From contig NKIB01009726.1 of assembly GCA_002256025.1 (NCBI GenBank), positions 1 through 64,000 of the forward strand: a DNA stretch of 64,000 nucleotides, given 5' to 3'. Numbering within the stretch: position 1 is the first letter of the stretch; the number at the start of each line of letters is the position of its first letter. The notes under the pieces were generated by a model. That model was not told the origin of the DNA. It was given only the letters and a program-made list of their open reading frames with translations, and did not search any database. Made by a program: the position numbers and the translations under genes. Below are positions 51,266-62,015 of this stretch, in pieces. This stretch comes from Asterionella formosa (lineage: Eukaryota).

Positions 51266-52825
51266 TCAGGGTTCATGCTTGTCCTTGCCTCCCGACGAGA
51301 CGTAGTCGAGCAGATCAATACGAGTAACAATGCCACTCACTACACTTCTAGTCACGACGCGCGAAGCTCCAGTTTGAACAGTACTGCTTGTAGTCATACT
51401 ATCATCATCATCATCACCATCGCCATCGCTTGATTTTCGTTTCGATCCACTCGAAAAGCACCGCTGCTCCGTCACGACAAGCGCATAGGATTCGTGATCA
51501 AGTGCCTGTGCGAGCTCAGCAAGTGTAGCCTTCATGCTAAAAAACTTGTGCGCTTTATATATAACACCAGCCTCAGCAACAGTGGCATCGGGGCGTGCTC
51601 TCCCACTGAGAAGGAGTGATGACATGTTCCCTTCCGTGACAACACCAATAACATGGTTGTCCTTCAAGACAGGTACCATGTCAAAGCCTTCAGCCTTTAG
51701 CAATGCGATTGCATCCTTGCAAGTGACATCTGAAGTGACTGTAAGCGGAGTCGACAGAGGCAAATCACAAACACGATGTGTAGCCCACCAATCTTGAAAC
51801 TGCTTTGGTTTGATGATGTCGTTGTCTACGAAGCCATTGCTTAGCATCCAATCATCATCTAGAGCCTTGGTCATGTAGTTCCTTACTGAATCAGGTAAAA
51901 TGACAACGCACGTTTGTCCTTCCTTGAGGCATTCCGCGGCCTTGAGTGCACAACTGACAGCAGACCCAGATGATCCCCCACAAAGAAGCCCTTCATATCT
52001 AATCAACTTGCGCATCATGACAAGCGAATCAGAGTCATTTGACTTCATCCAGCTATCTACCAGCAATCTATCCAACACTTGAGGAATAAAGTCGTAGCCA
52101 ATGCCTTCGACCTGATATGACATCAGTCTATTCTTATCGTTGAGACTGTCTGGCTGAGCCAAGATACTTCCTTCCGGGTCAACCCCGACTACAATCAAGT
52201 TCGGGTTCTTTTCCTTGAGTTTTCTCGCAACCCCAGTAATGGTTCCACCAGTTCCAGCTCCAACCACCAGCATATCCACCTTTCCTCCAGATTGTTGCCA
52301 TATCTCTTCAGCCGTGAATTCATAGTGCGCCATGGGATTGGATGGATTCGAGTATTGATCTAGAATGTGTGAATTGGGGATCTCCTGTTGCAGTCTCCTT
52401 GCCACCGAGATGTGCGAGTCCAACGAATCCCAAGCCGCTTCAGTGGGTGTGCGCACAATCTCGGCTCCCAAAGCCTTCAAGACATCCACCTTTTCCTTGC
52501 TCATCTTTTCTGGCATTGTAATGATGCATCTGTATCCCTTGATTGCTGCGGCCAGGGCCAGGCCAATGCCTGTGTTGCCAGAGGTGGGTTCAATGAGAAT
52601 GTCGCCGGGCTTGAGAATGCCTTTCTTCTCTGCGTCAAGCACCATTTGCCTTCCGATGCGATCCTTGACGGATCCACCGGCATTGAGGAACTCGCACTTG
52701 ACGAGCACTTGGCATTTGAGATGGGATGAGACGCTATTCAGTCGGACCAAGGGTGTGTCTCCAATGGCGTCAAGGATCGAATCACAGACGGCGTCGCTCT
52801 TGTGCGGTCGTCGCGGAGAAGTCAT
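51266..52825 (-). CDS. CBS: Cystathionine beta-synthase
   Basis: [15 protein letters not shown] (PLP Lys), [35 protein letters not shown], plus a C-terminal CBS (Bateman) domain pair. Confidence 0.95.
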   Translation of the reverse strand: MTSPRRPHKSDAVCDSILDAIGDTPLVRLNSVSSHLKCQVLVKCEFLNAGGSVKDRIGRQMVLDAEKKGILKPGDILIEPTSGNTGIGLALAAAIKGYRCIITMPEKMSKEKVDVLKALGAEIVRTPTEAAWDSLDSHISVARRLQQEIPNSHILDQYSNPSNPMAHYEFTAEEIWQQSGGKVDMLVVGAGTGGTITGVARKLKEKNPNLIVVGVDPEGSILAQPDSLNDKNRLMSYQVEGIGYDFIPQVLDRLLVDSWMKSNDSDSLVMMRKLIRYEGLLCGGSSGSAVSCALKAAECLKEGQTCVVILPDSVRNYMTKALDDDWMLSNGFVDNDIIKPKQFQDWWATHRVCDLPLSTPLTVTSDVTCKDAIALLKAEGFDMVPVLKDNHVIGVVTEGNMSSLLLSGRARPDATVAEAGVIYKAHKFFSMKATLAELAQALDHESYALVVTEQRCFSSGSKRKSSDGDGDDDDDSMTTSSTVQTGASRVVTRSVVSGIVTRIDLLDYVSSGGKDKHEP

Positions 52826-54190
52826 CTTGATGGGAATGGCGACGTATGATGTTGATGAACTACTGCTGCCACAGGTTGTGGAATACTCCTTGCTGGAGAT
52901 TCAGATCTTGGTTGATTTTAAGGCGAGCAATAACTAATTGAGAGTGATGTCTTAAATCTTGACACTTCGCCATAATAATACATTCACACATTTATAAACG
53001 TACATATAAGTCATTCACATTTCTATTATTTCTTATTGCTTTTTGCCTATTTATATTCTTCTGCCCTTTTTCTTTGTGAAAGCAATAACAGCATGATCAG
53101 CGAATCAAAACACATCACCCGTGATATTCACGGTTCACATCATCAAGAGCGAGGAGATGAATATGATAGGAGTATTGGTGGGTATATACCATATTATCCT
53201 ATGAAATGTAATAGCCCTACCATACCTGGCTGTTTAGTACTCTTTAATAGGTATGCATTTCGACATCATTTCCCAATTGTTTGGCATTGACTAAGAACTA
53301 TTCAATAAAACTGCTGGAATGTACTAACTCAACAATCAACAACTCTCCCCACAGTTCCTGATGGTTGAAATGGGAGGAGGAAACTAAACAATCTACAGAT
53401 TATGTCAGCTATTTTCGCACTTGCTCCCTTAGGGACTACTACAATATGCAAATCAGGTAGAGAATGCAGGAATTAAATCCATCACTTCACAAGGCTAGCT
53501 AGCTAGCAAGCTACTCAAGTAGCAACCAAGTAAGCCATTCCCCAGCAAGTTGCCTTCTAAGCACTAGCTGCCATAGACTTCCATAGCTGCATGATAATTT
53601 TCCGATTAGCTTTATCCAATTCTAAACTGTGTTAACATTGATTAGGATAATTTTGTAACAAAATAATTCATACTCTTAACTGATGAATCTACTTAGCCTA
53701 ATCCCTACACTCTCACCTTTTTTTGTTAGAAAATGGCTCTCCATTGGTGTGCATGGTCCACGTCTTGGGTCAAAGAGAATGTACTTCATGAAAGACTTGT
53801 CTAGGCTAATGAATACCTTTTACAATGAGACCCTCCTAAATGTTAGTTAGTGCCAAACAGTCAGATTTCCACCAAATGGATGCAACAGGAGTTCAAATTT
53901 GGTTCTATCAGTAGCTATTATCATAGCTAGTAGTGGAAGCAGCAAGTGTTGCTACTAGTTGGCACAAGGATTAGTGTGCAACTGGTGTCTTTACAGTTAT
54001 TCTTCATGACAATGGAACTGTCGCTCCTTTATTGTATCACTGATACTGTGTGTTACTCGAAAAGATATCCAGATGGTATCATTGAAACTGAACAAAACCC
54101 GGATGTTGGCACCAGGTTGCATGTCATCGACATCAAATGACGGCGCACTTCTAAATTTGCCAATCCAATATAAATAGTTGCCTTCCCACC

Positions 54191-55213
54191 ATGGGAGCGC
54201 TACTCCTTGTGCTTGCGTTATTTTTGATAGCTCCTCCAGAATATGTCAATGGAGCTCCTTTCTTTGTTGAATTCCGAGCCACAACGAACCCAAGACAACT
54301 GAAACAACGTGGCATAACCGGGCGAACATTGCAGAAGAATGTTGGGAATGGTTTGTGTCAATTGCGAGGTGGAGAAAATGCCATAAGCAGCCCTGAAAGC
54401 ACAGAGGAGATCAATGTATCTAAACAAAACACATCTAGAGAATTTTTATTCACTCTAAATCAACCTGGTGATGGACACGAAGAAGAGCCATACATACCTC
54501 GTCGTTTTGTGCGAATGCAGAAGGGAAACCTGGAAAAAGCCGAGGTTGCGTATAACGCTACGTTGGCATGGCGTGAATCACACGGGGTGGATTCGATCCT
54601 CAGTAAACCTCATCCAGTCTATGACATCTTTAAGGAAGTCTTGCCTCATTTCTTTTCTGGTCGTGACATCAATGGCAACATCATTTTTTGTCAGCAACCG
54701 GGATTGTTGAGAATGGAGCTGTTGCAACTCAATAATGTGACACAGCAAGAGTTTTTGATGCACTACGTGTACACCTTGGAATATTGTTGGAACATGCTTG
54801 AACCACGGCCCGATCAAACCATGACGTCCATCTTGGATGGAAAAGGCCTATCCTTGTCCACCGTCAAGAAACTGTTTTCATTTCTCAATGAGTTTGTGAG
54901 CATGATGTCACATCACTATCCTCAACGATCTTACAAGACGCTAATTATCAATGCGCCATCTTGGGCGGGTACTATTTACAAGCTAATTTCACCTCTGCTC
55001 CGAGAGTCGACAAGAAGTAAGATTTCTATATTGAATGGTGGCAAGAGACAAGACGAAGTGTTGAAGGAGGTTTTGGGCGACGTCCCAAGTGAATTGTCTA
55101 GTACAGGCACATACAAAGGAATGGAATCAGTCTGTGAGCAAGAAATGCGAGCCTTTGTCATGGAGAGACTGCAAGAAGCTGGAATGGAAATGAAGGAAGT
55201 GAATCAAGTGTAG
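54191..55213 (+). CDS. CRAL-TRIO (Sec14-like) lipid-binding protein with signal peptide
   Basis: RRFVR..KGN.EKA, TLAWR, HYPQRSYKTLIINAPSW..IYKLISPLLRESTRSKI. Hydrophobic N-terminal signal. Confidence 0.88.
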   Translation: MGALLLVLALFLIAPPEYVNGAPFFVEFRATTNPRQLKQRGITGRTLQKNVGNGLCQLRGGENAISSPESTEEINVSKQNTSREFLFTLNQPGDGHEEEPYIPRRFVRMQKGNLEKAEVAYNATLAWRESHGVDSILSKPHPVYDIFKEVLPHFFSGRDINGNIIFCQQPGLLRMELLQLNNVTQQEFLMHYVYTLEYCWNMLEPRPDQTMTSILDGKGLSLSTVKKLFSFLNEFVSMMSHHYPQRSYKTLIINAPSWAGTIYKLISPLLRESTRSKISILNGGKRQDEVLKEVLGDVPSELSSTGTYKGMESVCEQEMRAFVMERLQEAGMEMKEVNQV

Positions 55214-55383
55214 CTAAGTGTATGATTCAGTTCAAAACATAATAAGTAACCATAATTGGTTAGGTGATTGGAAATATGCTGACACACATATGCATATCAT
55301 CTAGCTATATTATTATTAAATGATACGCTTAGGTGCCAGCATGGCTGCCTATCCTTTAAATAATATGCTCAAAATGTCGTGAT

Positions 55384-56154
55384 TCAATACATGGCGGCGT
55401 ACTTGAAGGATAAATACGTGCGATATGTGTGATATTCGCTGTCAGATAGGTTGAGCCAGGGCCCAACAATAGTCTGTTCTTCTAGCTCCATATGATCCAA
55501 CATAGATTTCACATAAGCTTTCAAAGTATCCTTCCATTCACCACTGGATATAGCGTTATTCACTTTTTCTTCATCTCCATTTGCTTCACCGTGTTGCTGT
55601 TTCAATGCGTTAAGGGATGCTTTCATCGTGTCGCCCTTGTGGTCGAGAAAGAACTTGAACAATTGCTCATCTTCAAAGTTACTATGCGAAGCCAATTTCT
55701 TGCACCATTTATCAAATAACTTTTGAGTTTGAATGGTTTCCTCTGTCTCCAACAAATCGTTCAACATGGAGCGATACCTCTCATGCACCCAGAGCCAATT
55801 CTTGACCCGTCTGGCATTAGGGTGCAACTTGGGATTGGTGCGCCAAAAGTTGGGGTGTGCCACTCGACGCAAAGCTGCTTGGAGAGATTCTTTCCCTTCC
55901 TCTTGATCAGCATCAACACCAAAGGCAGCGAGTTGGGCTTGTAAGTCATCGTGGCTTAGATTTAAGGTCGCTTCGTCGAGCGATATTTCAGGGAGTTCCG
56001 ATAATGCCAAAACCTCATTTATTGTCGCTGGCTTTCCTGGTGTATTTCCCATTTTGAAGTACCAACGCAGCAACAGGGCAATGAAGATTGCTATGACAGC
56101 TGAATGCTTTTTCAAGGTGAGCACTTCGCGAATCGTCGTTGACTCGGATGCCAT
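55384..56154 (-). CDS. Hemerythrin-like (HHE) domain protein with N-terminal TM segment
   Basis: WVHERYR, ASHSNFEDEQLF, QQH and DHMELEEQ fit HxxxE metal-binding helices. Confidence 0.65.
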   Translation of the reverse strand: MASESTTIREVLTLKKHSAVIAIFIALLLRWYFKMGNTPGKPATINEVLALSELPEISLDEATLNLSHDDLQAQLAAFGVDADQEEGKESLQAALRRVAHPNFWRTNPKLHPNARRVKNWLWVHERYRSMLNDLLETEETIQTQKLFDKWCKKLASHSNFEDEQLFKFFLDHKGDTMKASLNALKQQHGEANGDEEKVNNAISSGEWKDTLKAYVKSMLDHMELEEQTIVGPWLNLSDSEYHTYRTYLSFKYAAMY

Positions 56155-56595
56155 CCTTTCAAAGAAGATCTTAAATCATATGTACTTACAGTTCTGAAGT
56201 AAATTTTATTGTCATACCGCCCATATTTGTTCCTCGATCCATCCTTACATTCGTGCATGTAAGTATATAATACCGGTAAATAGGTGATCATTTGCAAACA
56301 TAAATATGTGTGTGATGTATGGCTCAGCCATATCACCTCCTCAAGCTCGTATATGTTTGTCTGTATAATTATCGCTGGATTGCCACTTTGAGGATGATCG
56401 TCAACATAATGTTTGCTTGTCGATGCATCTTCAGCATCGCTTTGATATTATGATCATCCATCAAATTCCTAGTACCTGGTACCTGGTACCGGTAGCACAG
56501 CACCGAATCAAGTCGTCACAACGACGATTATTCGAGCTGTCTCCGATTGTCAAAACTCCATCGTTCCGCTCGGAAAGCAACTGAAGCTTGTCATC

Positions 56596-57168
56596 ATGGC
56601 CCACCGTGTTGTTAGACCCCAGAATTTGGCTGAACCTTTTCGCATTGCAACGCTTGAATATCGCCAAAAGCCCGTTCATTTGACCAACAATCAACAGGTA
56701 ACTTGTCGCCTGTGTAGCTCTACATAGAAATATTACGTAGAACGTCATCTCATGCTTGGCTCCTTTCCTCTGTAGGCTGCCCGATTGTACCGACATTCCT
56801 TGAAGACCTTGTGTGCGTGGGCGATTGACCGTGACATTTTTTGCGACGAAGCGGAGATTTTGAGAGCTCGTTTCGATGCGAATCGCGGCTTGCCTCCTGC
56901 TCAAGCGATTGCCATGATTGAAAAAGGAGAAGATGAACTATTCAAATATACACATCCTGATCCATACGTCCGTCCCTACATGCCTGGTGGGTCCGGCTTT
57001 ATGCGCTCTTCACCTCTTCCAAAGGAGATTTGCTTTCCAGATGGCGACGCCCCAGCTGATTTCCCTGATTACTTCTTTAACCCTGACATGACAATTTCCA
57101 AGCCAGAGACTGGAAAGAGCGCTGTGGGATCTGTCTTGATCGATTGGCCCACAAAGAAGATGCTGTAA
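56596..57168 (+). CDS. NDUFB9: NADH:ubiquinone oxidoreductase subunit B9 (B22, LYR family); intron 56698-56775
   Basis: Spliced sequence ...NNQQAARLYRHSLK..W..DR....EA..LRARFDAN, then HPDPYVRPYMPGGS.FMR. Confidence 0.88.
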
Positions 57169-57303
57169 AGAGAGGAGTGAACCATTATCACTCTCACTAT
57201 ATATATGGTTTCAATGGATGACCAATAAGATAAATTTGAAATATTTTAATCGGCAAACCATGCTGCCACTATGTAGGGGATACTTCCAAATTCCCATGGG
57301 GGG

Positions 57304-58466
57304 TTACATTGTCATGATTTGACGCATCATGTTTCTCGCCTGACCTTCATAGCCACCAAACAAGACTTCGTGATTTCTGTATGTGAGAGGTGAACATGAG
57401 AAATTTAGTATACCAACGGCAATACAACGTCATCGCATTGTGTCTGTTTCAAAAGGAGGACTGTACTCACAAAATATGATAGAGATTGTAAACAATTCTC
57501 CTTTTCTCGTGGCCTGCGGGAAGTGGCCACTCAGATTGATACCCTTCATAAAAGTCGGGTCCAAAGCCGCCAAAAAGGTAGGTCATGGCAATGTCGGATT
57601 CACGGTCGCCCTGTGGAAAGCGAGGGAAATGTTCAGAAAACAATGAAAAGGAGGTTCAAGACTGATTCACCAATACTCACATAGTAAGTGGCTGGATCAA
57701 AAATAACAGGAACTGTCGTTCCATCTTTTTCCCTCGCATACCCCTTATTGCCTCCCCATAAATCACCATGGAGGAGCGATGGGTCTGGCCTATGCGAGAG
57801 CAACTCTTTCGTCTTCACCCTTAAGTCATTAATGTCGCCCTTGTCAAACCCAGCATCATGAGTCAATTTGAGCATATGGCCAAGCCGATGCTGGTCCCAG
57901 AATTCAGGCCATTCATTGTGCCATCCATTGGGCTGATATGTGGCTCCAATGGTATTGTCGATATCGAAACCAAACTTTCCGTTGGGAGAAAAATGTTTGT
58001 GCATCTTTGCAAGGTTGATTCCGAGCTCCCGACCCGAGCCGCCACTACAAAAATGTAAATATTCGAAAGCAACAAAAGCTTGCTCTGTGCCGTGTGTACC
58101 ATATGCAACTGGTGTGGGTACCCTAACGGTATTGGTCTCACTCATGGCCTTGACCCCATAATATTCAGCTGTCAACATATCAGATGCACCATAGGCAGAC
58201 TTGATAAAATATTTGGTTTGAGTGGACTCATCCACCAGCACTGACGTGCTTGCACCTCCACCTCCAGCAAATCCTCCACCGGCACCGGCTCTCAAACTAA
58301 TTTGTTTTCCTAGCGATTCACTCACTTTTAAGGATACAGTTTCCAGGAAAGTACCGGTAGTCATTTGTAACCTCGTAGAGATGGTGGAACGCAAAGGGCG
58401 AGAGGGATGAAAGGCAACAGCTGCATATATTGAGTATGCCAATATCCAGAAAACGAAGATCGACAT
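57304..58466 (-). CDS. Fructosamine/ribulosamine 3-kinase family protein, plastid-targeted; exons 58466-57681, 57610-57471, 57376-57304
   Basis: FGFDIDNTIGATYQPN, PSLLHGDLWGGN, FDPATYY|GDRESDIAMTYLFGGF and YNLYHIL|NHEVLFGGY. Signal ends AVA-FH. Confidence 0.92.
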
Positions 58467-59641
58467 TGCACTTCAGGCGGCTTATTCATCGAACTGTTGA
58501 GGGCAAAAAAAGTGCATGTAACAAAATTTAACATGTACTCCGTATATCTGTGTCCGGTATGCCGAATATCTTTCATGTGAGTGTCGTTGTGCGATGGTGT
58601 GAGCGACCTTTGCTTTCGCTCCGCCATGCATGATACCAATCATATGCTGATGCTGCGCGCTGTGTGAGGAATATTGGTTCGTTTCACGAGGCTTGTGGAC
58701 TCGATTAAACTCCAACGAGTCGAATCATACCTTGCCACCTACCAGTAATCAGCTGATGGCTTCCGAAATTCAAGATTGACAACTTCTATAGAGATTGAAA
58801 TCTGATCTTTGAATCCATCCCATAGCAAAAAAGAATCTCAGTCAAAGTCAACATTGGGTGAAGGATGATTCTGTTCTGGGTGGTTCAATTGCAAGTGAGC
58901 AATACAATCAAGGAAGAAATGACTTGTCAAGTCCTCACAATTATAATTTAGAGGCCAACCACAGCCATGTATTTGTGAATAAGTGTGGTGCAAATGTCTC
59001 ACTTACTTCTTAAAATTATGTAGAACTTATTCTTACACCAATGCTACATGACAGGAATTCAACTTTTCCAAGGGAGAATAAGCTTACCACCTAGTATTTC
59101 AATATCCCTATCATCTCCCATTGCAAGGGTGCACAATCCATAGTCAAGTATCATTAGATGCTTGTCTGGCTTAAAATACTAAATTATGCTTGTTTATAAT
59201 TGTTCTTTATATACATAATTTTTTCATAGCTATGCAGCTTACCAGATTGCGCACAAAGGACAAGTGAACCTGAGAAAATTTGAAAGAGTCAAAGTGTCCC
59301 TGGAGAAACTTGAAGGATCGCTTCAAACAGCTACCAAGGGAGGGCGAACAAACATATCCAAACCAAGGAAAAGAAAAGAAAGAAAAGAAGCTAAAATGGG
59401 AACAAGTTTAGACTACAATGATGACACATGCAAATGAAAGAGTTTCCCAATAATTGCAGTGATAGAAATCAAACTCTTTCCAAGGAAGTAGATAGGATGA
59501 TGGCTGGCAACTTGAAATTTCATGAATTCTACCAGTTTCTATTGTCTGAAATAAATGATAAAGCTTATGTGTTATAGGAGTGGTAACTTCAACTTTGCCT
59601 TATCTTCGCCAGAGACTTTTGGTTCCTTTCGAGAAATATAC

Positions 59642-60814
59642 TTAGGATGAGCCATTAGTCAACTCCAAATCAGCTCGAATCAACACATGATCACTAGGCT
59701 CATCAGCATTTGGGAAGGGACCATCTGCCTCTTCTAGCTTGCAAATATTTCGTACTCCAGATACTTTCCATTCCTTGGACAAAAAAATGTAATCAAGAGT
59801 GTCAATAAATGGTTCTTGTTCCTTGGCTCTGGAGAAGTTGGTGAAGTCGGGTTCCTTGCCATTGAATTCCTTATAGGCAGATCGCATACTCGCCATTGTA
59901 CACGCCCACTCCATACCGTATTTAGGCGTAGGAAAGGTTGGATCTTCTGCTAAAAGTTGACCGGATGTCATCATTTGATAGGTTTCCGACAAGGGTTTGA
60001 TGTTCCAATCACCGGCCAGGACATATGGGCACTGATTTGTTGCAGCAATATCTTGTACATGTTTCGCCGCCATTTCAGCATGAATTGTCATGGCCATGGG
60101 CATATAGTAAGCACAAGGCATGTGGTAGTTGCCAATACAAAAGGATTGACCAGCCTTCTTATCCTTCAGAACAGCTGTCAAGAGTACATTGCTTCGACGC
60201 CCAGAAAACGTCCAGTGATCCTCCTTTGGCTCTGAAAGCAGTCCCATCAACTTGAGAGGCATCGCCCACAACGATTTTATATTATTAAATGCCAGTGTCG
60301 TCAAGCTCGCTTTCGGCGATTTGGGCCAGCCCCCGATTCGGTTGTCACTGAGATTCGAAATGTCAACATTCACTGTTTCGAAAGTTCCCACTGGATAAGC
60401 CAGAGCAACTCCCATGTAACCATTGAATTTTCTTCCGTACAAACCAGTGACCATGTGGTAACCCTTGTTGGCAAAGTATGTATGAAAGGCGCCGGCCCAA
60501 TCGTAGGATACCTCTTGGAGGCAAATGACACAATTGTCAGATGAGCTGATTTCTTCATCAAGTTTCTTGAAGACCTTTGGTAGGCGGTTGCTGGCGCAGA
60601 GATGGTCTGGGTTTAGCGTCGTATAAAACGACGGGTCGGCCAAATGAGAGGAAAGAACGTTGTATGAGACAACTCTCACGGCTAGTGCTGGCTTAGTTCG
60701 AAACACCATCGTGGATGCAGCTGAAAGCGTTACTGGAAAGGCAACAATAAGCTCGACAGTGAAAATGAGAATCAGAACCAAGAATATTATTTGCTCCTTT
60801 CTACGATTGTCCAT
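59642..60814 (-). CDS. CCR4/nocturnin-like endonuclease-exonuclease-phosphatase family protein
   Basis: VVSYNVLS, ICLQEV, AGDWN, DTLDYIF and PSDH motifs. Hydrophobic N-terminal segment; start uncertain. Confidence 0.88.
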   Translation of the reverse strand: MDNRRKEQIIFLVLILIFTVELIVAFPVTLSAASTMVFRTKPALAVRVVSYNVLSSHLADPSFYTTLNPDHLCASNRLPKVFKKLDEEISSSDNCVICLQEVSYDWAGAFHTYFANKGYHMVTGLYGRKFNGYMGVALAYPVGTFETVNVDISNLSDNRIGGWPKSPKASLTTLAFNNIKSLWAMPLKLMGLLSEPKEDHWTFSGRRSNVLLTAVLKDKKAGQSFCIGNYHMPCAYYMPMAMTIHAEMAAKHVQDIAATNQCPYVLAGDWNIKPLSETYQMMTSGQLLAEDPTFPTPKYGMEWACTMASMRSAYKEFNGKEPDFTNFSRAKEQEPFIDTLDYIFLSKEWKVSGVRNICKLEEADGPFPNADEPSDHVLIRADLELTNGSS

Positions 60815-61687
60815 ACATGCACATGTAGATATGGGTTTAACTGTCACAATTAGCTGCAAGGTTGCGACAATGAAATATGTATCATATACTAATGTTGCTT
60901 CTCAAATGTTAGCTGCTTCTCAAAAATGACAGATGCTCAATCGGATGTGGTATTTTTTGTTTCCCTCCATGATGCAGGTAGCGCGATGGCAGCACCACCA
61001 CCAGTCATAAGAAATGCACCGGCATTACTATTATACCGTTCAAGTGGTGCAAGGTACCTGGTACCAGGTACCTGCAAGTTGCGGTCATTTTGCTTAAATA
61101 AACAATTCAATATGGGGTACAGATAGCTAAATATTCAGGTTCAGCACGATTAGGCATCTTGTTAAATTCTTCTGCAGTCTGTCTGACTGCAATGCTAGCT
61201 CTTTCTAGACAAGCTCAGTTCTAATCCCACCTTTTTGTGAGCTTATTTGATCTATCTTATCGTTTACATGACCAATTATTAAGGTTCTCTTCCCAAATTT
61301 GTATATAGATATTCATTGTACTGTTAGACATTCAATTCTCAACTGATAACTCAACTCCACTCAGTTAGTAGAACATTCTCCATTAGAAAATTTACCTTGG
61401 TTTGCTGATATATTTCTTGGCAATCAATGCTGTTCAAAATCTCACCGCATTTCAATACTGGATTTTGCTGGAATATTATTCAAGATTGATTAGTTCGACT
61501 GAACTAAAATGCACGCAGTACCAAATCTTGACAGCATCTATCTTGTCGCTCAAATATTTTCAGAAATTCGATATTGCTGAAGTACACAATAATGCATTTT
61601 TTCTTGATAAAATAGCAAAATACATTTGAGCAGTTGTTAAAGAATATAATAGTATTATAGATGTGTTAGTTAATAGTATTATAGATG

Positions 61688-62015
61688 TTGCGGGAATGGC
61701 TCAGTCGCTCGGTTGGGCACATTGTCTTTGATTTAAAATTTTGTGGTTCGATTCCCGCAATTTTTTTAGAAGCAATTGTTGGGTTCGACTCCAACACTCC
61801 TCGCCGTCCCGCACAGTCTTGCCTGGTGTGCAAGGAAAAGTGGGTTGCCCCCGCCCCCTACAAGTAGTGTACCGCCTTCCTAGGCGGTCGGAGTTTTCCC
61901 TAATGCTTCATCTAAGATGATCACCTTTTGCGAAAGATAGTTGGGGACTCACCTACACTAACAAAACTAGGGATGCACACGGACTGGTTGGCAGGCTGTG
62001 CTATCATGAAATTCT
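61688..62015 (+). mobile_element. tRNA-derived SINE-like element, copy 2 (better preserved)
   Basis: A-box-like TGGCTCAGTCGCTCGG, B-box GGTTCGATTCC, T7 run, second B-box GGTTCGACTCC. Homologous to 36483-36815. Confidence 0.75.

Noticed and set aside
59229..59436. Orphan exon-like Lys-rich frame after TTTTTCATAG
   Set aside because: No convincing upstream exon or motif; it cannot be assigned without RNA data.
61688..61762. Functional tRNA-Gln(TTG) gene
   Set aside because: The anticodon and T stems do not pair properly, and the sequence continues into a body shared with a second degenerate copy. A SINE head fits better.
61775..61860. HDV-like or twister ribozyme in the SINE body (TCCTCGC loop-like motif)
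   Set aside because: I could not build P1.1, P2 or J4/2, and the motif is TCTTACT in the other copy. An Infernal/RNArobo search would be needed to revive it.
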